From: Candidatus Saccharimonas aalborgensis
GTDB taxonomy: Bacteria; Patescibacteriota; Saccharimonadia; Saccharimonadales; Saccharimonadaceae
Assembly (NCBI RefSeq): GCF_000392435.1
Contig: NC_021219.1
Coordinates: forward strand, 480,001 to 512,000
Length of the DNA stretch: 32,000 nucleotides
Reading direction: 5' to 3'
Part shown: piece after piece, positions 23,390 through 31,535 of the stretch
How the letters are laid out: each line of letters starts with the position of its first letter
How positions within the stretch are numbered: the first letter of the stretch is position 1
The notes under the pieces: model-generated
The model's input: only the letters and a program-made list of their open reading frames with translations
Database searches by the model: none
Told to the model about the DNA's origin: nothing
Program-made: the position numbers and the translations under genes

Positions 23390-24642
23390 TGAAAAAAGGT
23401 CTCTACCTAAGTGCTTTTTTGCTTATAGTGTGCGTCTTTGCTCACGCTCCTTCTGTCAATGCAGCGACGTTTGACCCAGGGAGAATCATCGATGACGCCG
23501 TGTTTACCAACTACACATCGATGAACGTTGCGAATATTCAGTCTTTCCTGAATAGCAAAGTCCCGTCATGCGACACAAATGGTACGCAACCAGCAAGCGA
23601 CTTCGGAAGACCAGACCTTACTCACGCTCAATACGCAGCGCTCAAAGGCTGGCAGGCGCCGCCATATACCTGTCTACGTGATTATACCGAAAATGGTAAA
23701 TCTGCCGCTCAAGTAATCTATGATGTCTCGCAACAATACCACATCAACCCCCAGGTATTCATTGTATTGTTGCAAAAAGAAACTGGCCTCGTCACTGATA
23801 CATGGCCGCTTGCATGGCAGTACCGAACCGCTACTGGCTATGGCTGCCCCGATAGTACACCAGGGGTGTGTGACTCTACTTATAATGGATACACTAACCA
23901 GGTGAGTTGGGCGGGGAGATTATTTCGTTCGGTCGTCGATCAAAGCCCTTCCTGGTATTCACCGTATGTAATGGGGCCCAACTACGTTCAGTGGAGTCCA
24001 AATGCATCGTGTGGTGGAACAATCGTCAACGTGCAAAACTGGTCTACTGCCGCTCTATATGACTATACTCCTTACCAACCAAACGCAGCCGCCCTTGCTG
24101 CTGGCTATGGAAAGGGTGACTCTTGCAGCGCTTATGGCAATAGGAATTTCTTCCTCTACTTCACTGAGTGGTTCGGTGACACAACCCTTCCAGACCGCCC
24201 TCTCATCACTAACTACAATAGCAACCTCTGTACCTACCTAAAAGCAACTCGAGAGCCGCACATATCATACTGTACGCCAGTTCAATCTGGCGACTTCAAC
24301 GGTGATGGCTATGCTGATCTTGCGGTTACATCAACCTACCCCGATGGACAATCATTCAATCTTTGGCTGTTTCCCGGTTCGGCAACAGGCTTAGGTGATC
24401 CAGTATTCCAGCAACATTTTAGTAGTTCTCAGTACTGGATGATAAACAACTTGAAGATCACAGCTACAAATATCAATGGCGACGCCTATACCGACCTTAC
24501 TATGTTTGCTGCTAATGCCTACGACGGTATTACGGTAGTACAAATCAATGGGGACGCTAGTGGACTGAAGTCAGCTCCCGTGATGAACACCGTGAGAAAC
24601 CTCCAGCCAAATCTTGGGTGGAGGTGGTCGAATATCCGTTAA
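23386..24642 (+). CDS. Secreted protein: conserved N-terminal domain (possible cell-wall-active enzyme, uncertain) plus C-terminal FG-GAP/VCBS-like repeats
   Basis: Signal peptide MMKKGLYLSAFLLIVCVFAHAPSVNA|A. The N-terminal domain reads FDPGRIIDDAVFTNYTSMNVANIQSFLNSKV..C...INPQVFIVLLQKETGLVTD. The C-terminus has GDFNGDGYADLAV and NINGDAYTDLTMF. The start at 23386 is coupled to the upstream stop. Confidence 0.7.
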   Translation: MMKKGLYLSAFLLIVCVFAHAPSVNAATFDPGRIIDDAVFTNYTSMNVANIQSFLNSKVPSCDTNGTQPASDFGRPDLTHAQYAALKGWQAPPYTCLRDYTENGKSAAQVIYDVSQQYHINPQVFIVLLQKETGLVTDTWPLAWQYRTATGYGCPDSTPGVCDSTYNGYTNQVSWAGRLFRSVVDQSPSWYSPYVMGPNYVQWSPNASCGGTIVNVQNWSTAALYDYTPYQPNAAALAAGYGKGDSCSAYGNRNFFLYFTEWFGDTTLPDRPLITNYNSNLCTYLKATREPHISYCTPVQSGDFNGDGYADLAVTSTYPDGQSFNLWLFPGSATGLGDPVFQQHFSSSQYWMINNLKITATNINGDAYTDLTMFAANAYDGITVVQINGDASGLKSAPVMNTVRNLQPNLGWRWSNIR

Positions 24643-24699
24643 TTACTTTTTGTTATATCCCAAAAAACGACCGGTATAAGTAGAATCATGTCGTACTTG

Positions 24700-25812
24700 C
24701 TAGCTTCTTCTTAGTATACCGGCAATACGCTTACAGCAGTGACCGTCACCATAGGGGTTCACTGCTTTTGCCATTCTGTCATATAATCCCTCGGTATTAT
24801 CGAGAAGCCTCTTGGCATAATAGAGTATTTTTGCGGTATCGGTGCCTACCAGACATGCCGTTCCCGCCTCTACTCCCTCTGGTCGCTCAGTAACCTCTCT
24901 CAATACAAGTACCGGTTTACCAAGCGAGGGAGCCTCCTCCTGGATACCACCCGAATCGGTCAAGACGATATAGCTCCTATTCATCATCCACACAAGCTCA
25001 GGGTAGTCAAACGGCTCAAAGAGATGGATATTCTCAACACCCTTTAGCTTTGTATTTACGACTGACCGGACATTTGGATTAAGGTGCACGGGAAATATGA
25101 TTTCGACGTCAGTCCGGGCGGCGAGCTGCTTAATCACACTGCAGATATTTTCCATTCCCTCACCAAAGTTCTCACGACGGTGAGCAGTTACGAGTATTAT
25201 TTTTTTATTTATAAAATCAATATCCTTAAATCTATCTTCAATAGACTTGTCGCTCTCGACACGCTCGGTAGCAGCAATGATTGCATCGGTCACCGTGTTT
25301 CCTACTTTGAAAATATTATCTTCTGGGACTCTCTCGTAGAGTAATGCCTGCTGCGCATTAGTAGTAGGAGCAAAATGATATTTTGCGAGCTTTGAGATAA
25401 GTAGCCTGTTGGCTTCCTCGGGAAAAGGAGCATATATGTCACCGGTGCGCAAACCTGCTTCAACGTGAGCGATATCAATTTGATGATAGAAGCCCCCGAG
25501 CGCTCCAACCAATGCAGTCGTAGTATCACCCTGAACGATTATCACATTGGGCATAAAGTCATTGATGACATGATCGACTTTTGCCAGTATTGACCCTGTG
25601 ACATCAAACAGGTTCTGTCCCGATTTCATAACGTTTAATTCATAATCAGGTGTGATATTAAAAAACTCCAATACTTGATCAAGCATCTCTCTGTGTTGGC
25701 CTGTCGAGCATACTTTAACTTCAAACTCGGGTGATTTTTTCATTTCGATAACAAGTGGGGCTAGTTTTATAGCTTCAGGACGTGTGCCAAATATAATCAG
25801 AACTTTTTTCAT
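24700..25812 (-). CDS. wecB: UDP-N-acetylglucosamine 2-epimerase (non-hydrolysing)
   Basis: N-terminus MKKVLIIFGTRPEAIKLAPLV, then ...VQGDTTT...HVEAGLRT...NR...DSGGIQEEAPSLGKPVLVLR. This is the canonical family pattern, and at 370 aa the length also fits. Confidence 0.93.
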   Translation of the reverse strand: MKKVLIIFGTRPEAIKLAPLVIEMKKSPEFEVKVCSTGQHREMLDQVLEFFNITPDYELNVMKSGQNLFDVTGSILAKVDHVINDFMPNVIIVQGDTTTALVGALGGFYHQIDIAHVEAGLRTGDIYAPFPEEANRLLISKLAKYHFAPTTNAQQALLYERVPEDNIFKVGNTVTDAIIAATERVESDKSIEDRFKDIDFINKKIILVTAHRRENFGEGMENICSVIKQLAARTDVEIIFPVHLNPNVRSVVNTKLKGVENIHLFEPFDYPELVWMMNRSYIVLTDSGGIQEEAPSLGKPVLVLREVTERPEGVEAGTACLVGTDTAKILYYAKRLLDNTEGLYDRMAKAVNPYGDGHCCKRIAGILRRS

Positions 25813-25815
25813 AGA

Positions 25816-27909
25816 CTACCTCGCTTTCTTATAGTGGCGCATGATCAACTTATCTATTGATTTTGCTCTCGCAACCCACGTATTATTATTTGCCTGTGTG
25901 TATAGTGTATTCCGCATCTCGGTGCTTTTACGAAGTTTTATTGCCTTTTGAACATTTTCGATAAACTTTTCACCACTCCGAGATAGTAAGACACCCTCAT
26001 AGCCTTGACACTCCCTTAAATCCTTTGTGCACACCGTCGGTAACCCCATCGCCATGTACTCAAAAAGTTTAACGGGTGAGGTTGATTTGGCTATTTCGCC
26101 TTCTACAAATGGGATAATCGCGGCATCGAAAAAGGAAGAATAATTGGGTAATTCGGCATACTGTTTTGGACCCAAATAATGAACGTTGTCGCGAATTGTA
26201 AGATATTGTAACCCACCATTATAGTCAACACCTATAAATACAAATTCTACTTCTGATAACTCGAGGGTCATTTTATTTATGAGAGCGTAGTCTAGCCATG
26301 GAGCCACCGCACCATAGTATCCAACAATACTCTTACCCGAATCAACTATCTCCTTTAAATCATTAGGGACAGGAGCCTTTCCCGACTTTGTATGGTCAAA
26401 ATGTGTAGAATCAACTGCATTTTCGTTAAGCAGAAGCTTGTCTGTAGGAAACCTCTCTTCTAGCTGTCCGTAAAGCTTTTTTGCAGAGGCAAGAAGGAAG
26501 GACGGATGTAGTTCCTCTAGTCTATCAAATACCTCGCGCTGGAGCGTAAGATCGCCACTAATGGTCTCGTCGAGTTCATCAATGTACTCATATATCAAAT
26601 TGAATCCCTTATTAACTATACTTTGCAACTTAGCAAACGACTTTGGATAGCCTGCTGGAAAGAGATAAAAGAGATTGACCTTATCTCGTACTGGCGAGAG
26701 GGCATCGATACACCAGTCACCGCCAACAAGTATTAGCTCGGGTGAAATGATTCTGTAACCCTCTAGCTCTGGATCCTGATAGATGACTAGGTAACCCAAT
26801 TTCGAAAGATTCTCTGCAAGGTGGTGGGGCCGCTGCCTCATAATGTTATCCCATGGCATACCACAGTAAACAATGACTGCCTTATGTTCAGTGGCCTTCA
26901 TTCTTAGAGTCTTAGCAAATCTCACTATCTCTAGCCGATCTTTCAGTTTGCCTACATATTGCGGCGTGTGCTTCACGGCACGGACGGATCGATAAAGACT
27001 TTTGGCAACATAGCGTTGAGGGCTCCCCTTTGGCATCACTTTTCCGACAGTATTAGCTAGTTTGTTTGCCACCCGTTGTCGTTTCGAGTTCGTTATCCGC
27101 CATAACTCATCGAGCTGCTCTTTTTGAGTACTGTTCTCGCGCTGCAGTCTCTCAATTTCCCCGTCTTGAGCAATTTTTTTCGTGATTACTGATTCAATAG
27201 CCCCCTGAAGCTCATGGAGGTAGTTCATTGAATAACTAGCGACTCCTTGTACGGCCTGCTCGGCGCTTGGGATCTCTTCGGTTTGTCTTGCGAAGATAAC
27301 TAGTATTTGACTTCCAGCCCAGTACGTTGGCTGTCTCCTTGATACGTCGACTGCGGCAATATGAACAACTCTCCACTCGTCACTACGATGGTTAAAGAAG
27401 TCATCTGTAAAGAAACTGGCGAAGTGTTCTGGGATTCTTTTGTCTACAGGCTCCCGATACGGCACCTGTACAACAAAATATTTTGAAGCGTACTGTGATA
27501 TTTTCGCAAATGTTGCCCATGGATCCTCGAAATGCTCAAAAATGTTTGAGGCATATATCACATCAAACTGTTTAGAATATTTCTCTGTAATTAAATCGAC
27601 CGCATCAAATTTAATTTTTGGATATTTTTTTGCAGCTGACTTGATAGCGTTATCTGAAAAATCAATACCATAGATCTTGCTATTAGGGAGAAAAGAGCGA
27701 ACCACCTCAGTACCGTCACCCTCCGCACACCCCCAGTCACATACTGATAGATTGCCGTTATTGACATGATCTACGAACCACTTGGGCAGGAGTTCCCGTG
27801 TGATATCTGCGAAAAAGATACTCTGCTTATCACCCTGCTCATCGTCCCAGTTTCCAGTGAAACGTTTATCCCAATACTTCTCGCTGTTAACGCTATTTTG
27901 ATCGATCAT
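25816..27909 (-). CDS. Fusion protein: N-terminal class-I SAM methyltransferase, a central coiled coil, and a C-terminal GT-B (GT4-like) glycosyltransferase
   Basis: Methyltransferase motif I VCDWGCAEGDG and post-I IYGIDFS. The heptad-like stretch is LQGAIESVITKKIAQDGEIERLQRENSTQKEQLDELWRITNSKRQRVANKL. The GT part has MPWDNIMRQRPHHLAENL and SPVKLFEYMAMGLPTV. The ATG at 27909 has a GGAGG SD 8 nt upstream, whereas the tracked start at 27999 is TTG. Confidence 0.8.
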   Translation of the reverse strand: MIDQNSVNSEKYWDKRFTGNWDDEQGDKQSIFFADITRELLPKWFVDHVNNGNLSVCDWGCAEGDGTEVVRSFLPNSKIYGIDFSDNAIKSAAKKYPKIKFDAVDLITEKYSKQFDVIYASNIFEHFEDPWATFAKISQYASKYFVVQVPYREPVDKRIPEHFASFFTDDFFNHRSDEWRVVHIAAVDVSRRQPTYWAGSQILVIFARQTEEIPSAEQAVQGVASYSMNYLHELQGAIESVITKKIAQDGEIERLQRENSTQKEQLDELWRITNSKRQRVANKLANTVGKVMPKGSPQRYVAKSLYRSVRAVKHTPQYVGKLKDRLEIVRFAKTLRMKATEHKAVIVYCGMPWDNIMRQRPHHLAENLSKLGYLVIYQDPELEGYRIISPELILVGGDWCIDALSPVRDKVNLFYLFPAGYPKSFAKLQSIVNKGFNLIYEYIDELDETISGDLTLQREVFDRLEELHPSFLLASAKKLYGQLEERFPTDKLLLNENAVDSTHFDHTKSGKAPVPNDLKEIVDSGKSIVGYYGAVAPWLDYALINKMTLELSEVEFVFIGVDYNGGLQYLTIRDNVHYLGPKQYAELPNYSSFFDAAIIPFVEGEIAKSTSPVKLFEYMAMGLPTVCTKDLRECQGYEGVLLSRSGEKFIENVQKAIKLRKSTEMRNTLYTQANNNTWVARAKSIDKLIMRHYKKAR

Positions 27910-28225
27910 GTGCGTTACCTCCAATTGTTGCCTCAAGTTCTTGTATTCTCTTTTCAAGCTCCTGTAGTCGTAGTTTATTGTCAGCAAGTGCGACTCCAAC
28001 TGACCTGATTACTTTATCGACATGGTATTCTGTCACATTACTTTTACGTTCAAGCAGTTTATTATACCTCTCAATATCACCATAATACTGGGATATGAAA
28101 GAATGAATATCGTCTGTTCCCGCTAATCTTGCGACTACGTACTTCATGCCTTTTTTGACACGTCGCGGAGTTATTTTCGAAATAGACCGGAGAGAGCTCC
28201 TCGCAATTTTTTTTATCTCACTCAT
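27893..28225 (-). CDS. Small basic protein with a C-terminal coiled coil (hypothetical)
   Basis: The ATG at 28225 overlaps the upstream stop (ATGA). The C-terminal heptads read NKLRLQELEKRIQELEATI. Its 3' end overlaps the methyltransferase-GT gene. Confidence 0.5.
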   Translation of the reverse strand: MSEIKKIARSSLRSISKITPRRVKKGMKYVVARLAGTDDIHSFISQYYGDIERYNKLLERKSNVTEYHVDKVIRSVGVALADNKLRLQELEKRIQELEATIGGNAHDRSK

Positions 28226-29454
28226 CTCCTTCTATTATCACCCATCTCTATCGCCATAGCAAGTAGGTGATGGATTGAATAGTACTCTTTTCCAGAAGGA
28301 TCGAAGCGCTCCATTCGTTGAGGTCCGTCGGGAAATGCACGATATTCATCGTGTAATATATCAACGAGTTGCTGATGTTGCTTATCTCTATCAACAGACA
28401 CATGATAATCTGCTGGCTCCTCGGAGAATGCTGCATACTCAGAGACGACAGTCTTACAACCGGCCGCATTGGCTTTCGTTAGTGGCCCCGAAGATTCACC
28501 ACACGACGGAAATCGGAGTGACATAAAAAGCGATGTTTCGGCTATCATTCTATCCATATCACCATTAGATACATACCCATACAGTATTATGGCATTACTT
28601 GATGACTTATCTTTGACGTAAGCAGCAATATCATAGTCTGGATTACTTTTCCCAACAATACGTAGCTCTACTTTTTTCTTACCGCTACTATTAAGGCCTT
28701 GGTAAAACTCATCAAACGCATCTATTATTTCTGTGATTTGTTTTGAGGGGTTCATCCAACCAAATACACCCACCGAGAACTTACTCTTTTTTGTAGTCGA
28801 GATTGCCCCGCGAGAAATCATTTCAGGTGCATGACTAATTACCATATACTGCGGCTCATTCTTCCGACGTGATATGTAAGTAGCGCTTCTCTCACTACAG
28901 TATTTTGCAAGCGCATACTGTGAATGGAAAGCGATGATATCGCTCTGTTCATACACATGTGTAGCAGCGAGTGTTGAGTAGGGGAATATATTATCTGATC
29001 TACCTTCCCTATTCTGTTTCACGATCCATTCCACATCAGACCCAAAATCATACGCAGCAAAATATTTTAGGTCGTCCGGTATATAGCCATACTGGCGCAA
29101 TGTACACATCGCCTCGATATTCATCCACATGGCAGGCTCATGAACTACACTCACTGCAAGTCCGTTGTTTGCGAGGTGATGATGTAGTGACCTATGGATG
29201 TAGCGATGATACTCGTTATTGGCCAGGAAATAGATTGTTATGTCATCTGCCGTGCGTTTCACCTGCCGATAGTCGATCACTTGATATCCTCGATACTCAT
29301 TCACCCCTTGATCGAATAAGTCACTATCAATTACTAGTATTATCGAGGTCTTGGAGGGGCTTTTCTCCAGAAGATTCAGGACAAGATCAATATAATGTGC
29401 CGTACCCGTCTGAAGCGGCTCAATGGGAGTATAAAAATAAATACTGCCCATCAT
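28222..29454 (-). CDS. Putative GT-B glycosyltransferase (GT4-like)
   Basis: The N-terminus IYFYTPIEPLQTGTAHYIDLV and the C-terminal RFPSCGESSGPLTKANAAGCKTVV (E-x7-like region) fit the GT-B pattern. There are ATGA overlaps at both ends. Confidence 0.6.
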   Translation of the reverse strand: MMGSIYFYTPIEPLQTGTAHYIDLVLNLLEKSPSKTSIILVIDSDLFDQGVNEYRGYQVIDYRQVKRTADDITIYFLANNEYHRYIHRSLHHHLANNGLAVSVVHEPAMWMNIEAMCTLRQYGYIPDDLKYFAAYDFGSDVEWIVKQNREGRSDNIFPYSTLAATHVYEQSDIIAFHSQYALAKYCSERSATYISRRKNEPQYMVISHAPEMISRGAISTTKKSKFSVGVFGWMNPSKQITEIIDAFDEFYQGLNSSGKKKVELRIVGKSNPDYDIAAYVKDKSSSNAIILYGYVSNGDMDRMIAETSLFMSLRFPSCGESSGPLTKANAAGCKTVVSEYAAFSEEPADYHVSVDRDKQHQQLVDILHDEYRAFPDGPQRMERFDPSGKEYYSIHHLLAMAIEMGDNRRR

Positions 29455-30665
29455 TCAAGCACGCGTGAGTTGTTTTCAGTAGAGACAGATATTATTCCTT
29501 CATTGATTACCGAATAACCCATCACGCCTTTCCGCGTGGATATGAACTGCGTACAATCAATCCAACAATCGAGATAGCTATCCCTTGCCGGTGAATACAG
29601 ACTTATGTCAAAAAGGTATTCTCCGTCATTCAAAATGTTAGGAAAAGTGATCGTAACTATCGATTTGTTCCGCTTACGGCCCAATTCTGTTGTTGACATA
29701 TGTTCTTTTCCGCCAAAAAGTTTTTGTCCATTGCTGTTTTTTACCGCATAACCAAGTATGATATCTTCTTCTATGATTTTCTCGGTGGTGACAATAGTAG
29801 CAGTTACCTCGATATATGACTTACTCTCGCCCTGATCGTTCAAAACTCTTGAGCTCACTTTATCGAGATAGGCAGTTCTATCCCCCCACCTCGATAGAGC
29901 GATCTCGCTATGCAACAGGGGGTTAAAAAGGTCGGTATAAGCTCTCGTAACTGTCTCAACATCTCCACTTTCAACTATTTTTCCCTCTTCGATAAGAATC
30001 GCTCTATCACAGTACTCACTTACCGACGCCATATCATGCGTAACAAGTATAACTGTCTTACCTGTATTCTTTAGTGTCTTAAAGTAAGTAAAACACTTCT
30101 TTTGAAAGTCAGCATCACCCACGGCCAACACTTCGTCTACTACTAAGATATCCGCCTGTGCCATTGTTGCGCAGGCGAAGGCGAGTCGAACTTGCATGCC
30201 GCTACTGTAATTCTTTAGTTTCTGCTCCATGAAGTTTCCGAGCTCAGCAAATTCTACTATCTTTTGATAATTCTCATCTATTTCGTGCCGCGAGAAACCG
30301 AGAATCGCACCGTTAAGGTAAACGTTTTCTCTCCCGCTAAGTTCGGGATTAAACCCAACCCCTAACTCAATAAATGAGACTAGCTTACCGTCTATATTGA
30401 CCGATCCCTTTGTTGGCTGGTAGATACCAGATATTATTTTCAGCAGTGTGCTCTTACCACTTCCGTTTCTCCCGACGATTCCGAAAAATTCACCCTTCTT
30501 GACCGTGAAATCAACTCCAAGCAAGACACGATATATGTTATTCCCGCGTCGTTTCTTTATATTTGTGGTTACTACTCTCTTGAGAGAGTTCGTATCTTCT
30601 ACTGGGAGGACAAACTCTTTTGTCACCCCTCTTACTGTTATAGCGGCCTCGACACGTGCACTCAT
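29451..30665 (-). CDS. wzt: Polysaccharide/teichoic-acid export ABC transporter ATP-binding protein with a C-terminal Wzt_C-like glycan-binding domain
   Basis: Walker A GRNGSGKST, signature YSSGMQVRLAFA, Walker B ILVVDEVLAVGD. A ~150-aa C-terminal extension begins SRWGDRTAYLDKVSS..., like the RWG start of Wzt C-terminal domains. The ATG at 30665 is preferred, as the tracked start at 30683 is TTG. Confidence 0.88.
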   Translation of the reverse strand: MSARVEAAITVRGVTKEFVLPVEDTNSLKRVVTTNIKKRRGNNIYRVLLGVDFTVKKGEFFGIVGRNGSGKSTLLKIISGIYQPTKGSVNIDGKLVSFIELGVGFNPELSGRENVYLNGAILGFSRHEIDENYQKIVEFAELGNFMEQKLKNYSSGMQVRLAFACATMAQADILVVDEVLAVGDADFQKKCFTYFKTLKNTGKTVILVTHDMASVSEYCDRAILIEEGKIVESGDVETVTRAYTDLFNPLLHSEIALSRWGDRTAYLDKVSSRVLNDQGESKSYIEVTATIVTTEKIIEEDIILGYAVKNSNGQKLFGGKEHMSTTELGRKRNKSIVTITFPNILNDGEYLFDISLYSPARDSYLDCWIDCTQFISTRKGVMGYSVINEGIISVSTENNSRVLE

Positions 30666-30666
30666 G

Positions 30667-31494
30667 TTATACGTTCTCCGCAAAAAAAGCTGACTTCTTT
30701 ATATAATAACGATACCCTAACACCAGTGTAGCAACAGAAACGAGAGCGGGTACTATCGTTAAGAGTAGAGGGTAGGATGTATTAAATGCAGTAATCACAT
30801 GGTCATGTGGCACTAAAGCGTATCGTGCCCCTTGAATTGACTGGGTAACCGGACTTGCTAACATTATCGTAGCGATACTCGCCGGTACATACTGATATAA
30901 CGGGTAAAGAATGGGGGTGAAATAAAATGCTGCTTGCATAATTACATCCCAGATATGATTAATATCTCTATACTTCACATATATTGCACTGAGAAAAAAA
31001 CCAATTCCCATGGCAAATGCCGCCATCTCAAGCATAAATAGGAAAAAAGTTGGAAGATACCAAGTGAGTGGCACGCCAAGAAATATCATAAAGACAGCCA
31101 CAATTGATAAATTAATGATCACGTTGATCATTGCCGAAAGAGTTGATGATACAATAATGACCGTTTTGGGGAAATTAACCTTGCGAATCAAGTCTCCTTT
31201 TGCGACCACGGCACCTATACTACTGCTTGTAATCTCTGCAAACATATTCCACAGTATGATGCCGAGAAGTAAGTAAAGACCATAATATGGTATATCTCCC
31301 TTTACTCGCATAAAGTTTACGAGAATGATATACAGGATACAAAACATTGCAAGTGGTTTGAGAACGCTCCACAAATAACCAAGTACTGATCCTTGATATC
31401 GAAGCTTGAAGTCGGTTTTCACAAACTCCTTGAGAATTATCATGGAGTAGTTTGCCTTCTTCATTTTTGCTCTATCGTCTTTTATTTTTACCAC
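30667..31494 (-). CDS. wzm: ABC-2 type polysaccharide/teichoic-acid export permease
   Basis: DFKLRYQGSVLGYLWSVLKPL near the N-terminus is the ABC-2 signature region, followed by 6 TM helices. The start is ambiguous between the GTG at 31494 and the ATG at 31464. Confidence 0.88.
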   Translation of the reverse strand: MVKIKDDRAKMKKANYSMIILKEFVKTDFKLRYQGSVLGYLWSVLKPLAMFCILYIILVNFMRVKGDIPYYGLYLLLGIILWNMFAEITSSSIGAVVAKGDLIRKVNFPKTVIIVSSTLSAMINVIINLSIVAVFMIFLGVPLTWYLPTFFLFMLEMAAFAMGIGFFLSAIYVKYRDINHIWDVIMQAAFYFTPILYPLYQYVPASIATIMLASPVTQSIQGARYALVPHDHVITAFNTSYPLLLTIVPALVSVATLVLGYRYYIKKSAFFAENV

Positions 31495-31500
31495 ACTCCC

Positions 31501-31506
31501 ATAATA
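31501..31506 (-). promoter_or_regulatory. -10-like hexamer TATTAT, 6 nt upstream of the GTG at 31494
   Basis: The minus strand reads TATTAT-GGGAGT-GTG. Confidence 0.3.
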
Positions 31507-31520
31507 CCATTGATCTCTAG

Positions 31521-31529
31521 TGATATAAT
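31521..31529 (+). promoter_or_regulatory. Extended -10 element TGaTATAAT, 6 nt upstream of the ATG at 31536 (leaderless-type arrangement)
   Basis: TGATATAAT-CAGCCT-ATG, with no SD. Confidence 0.45.
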
Positions 31530-31535
31530 CAGCCT

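Noticed and set aside
24647-24666. Hairpin TTTTTG-ttatatcc-CAAAAA between convergent genes, as a possible terminator
   Set aside because: The 6-bp stem is almost entirely A-U, with an 8-nt loop, and its predicted stability is too low to call.
30666-30683. TTG-initiated extension of the Wzt ORF, and the similar TTG/GTG extensions at 27999, 5575 and 17682
   Set aside because: ATG codons a few codons downstream (30665, 27909, 5623, 17679) have better SD context or better coupling to the upstream stop.
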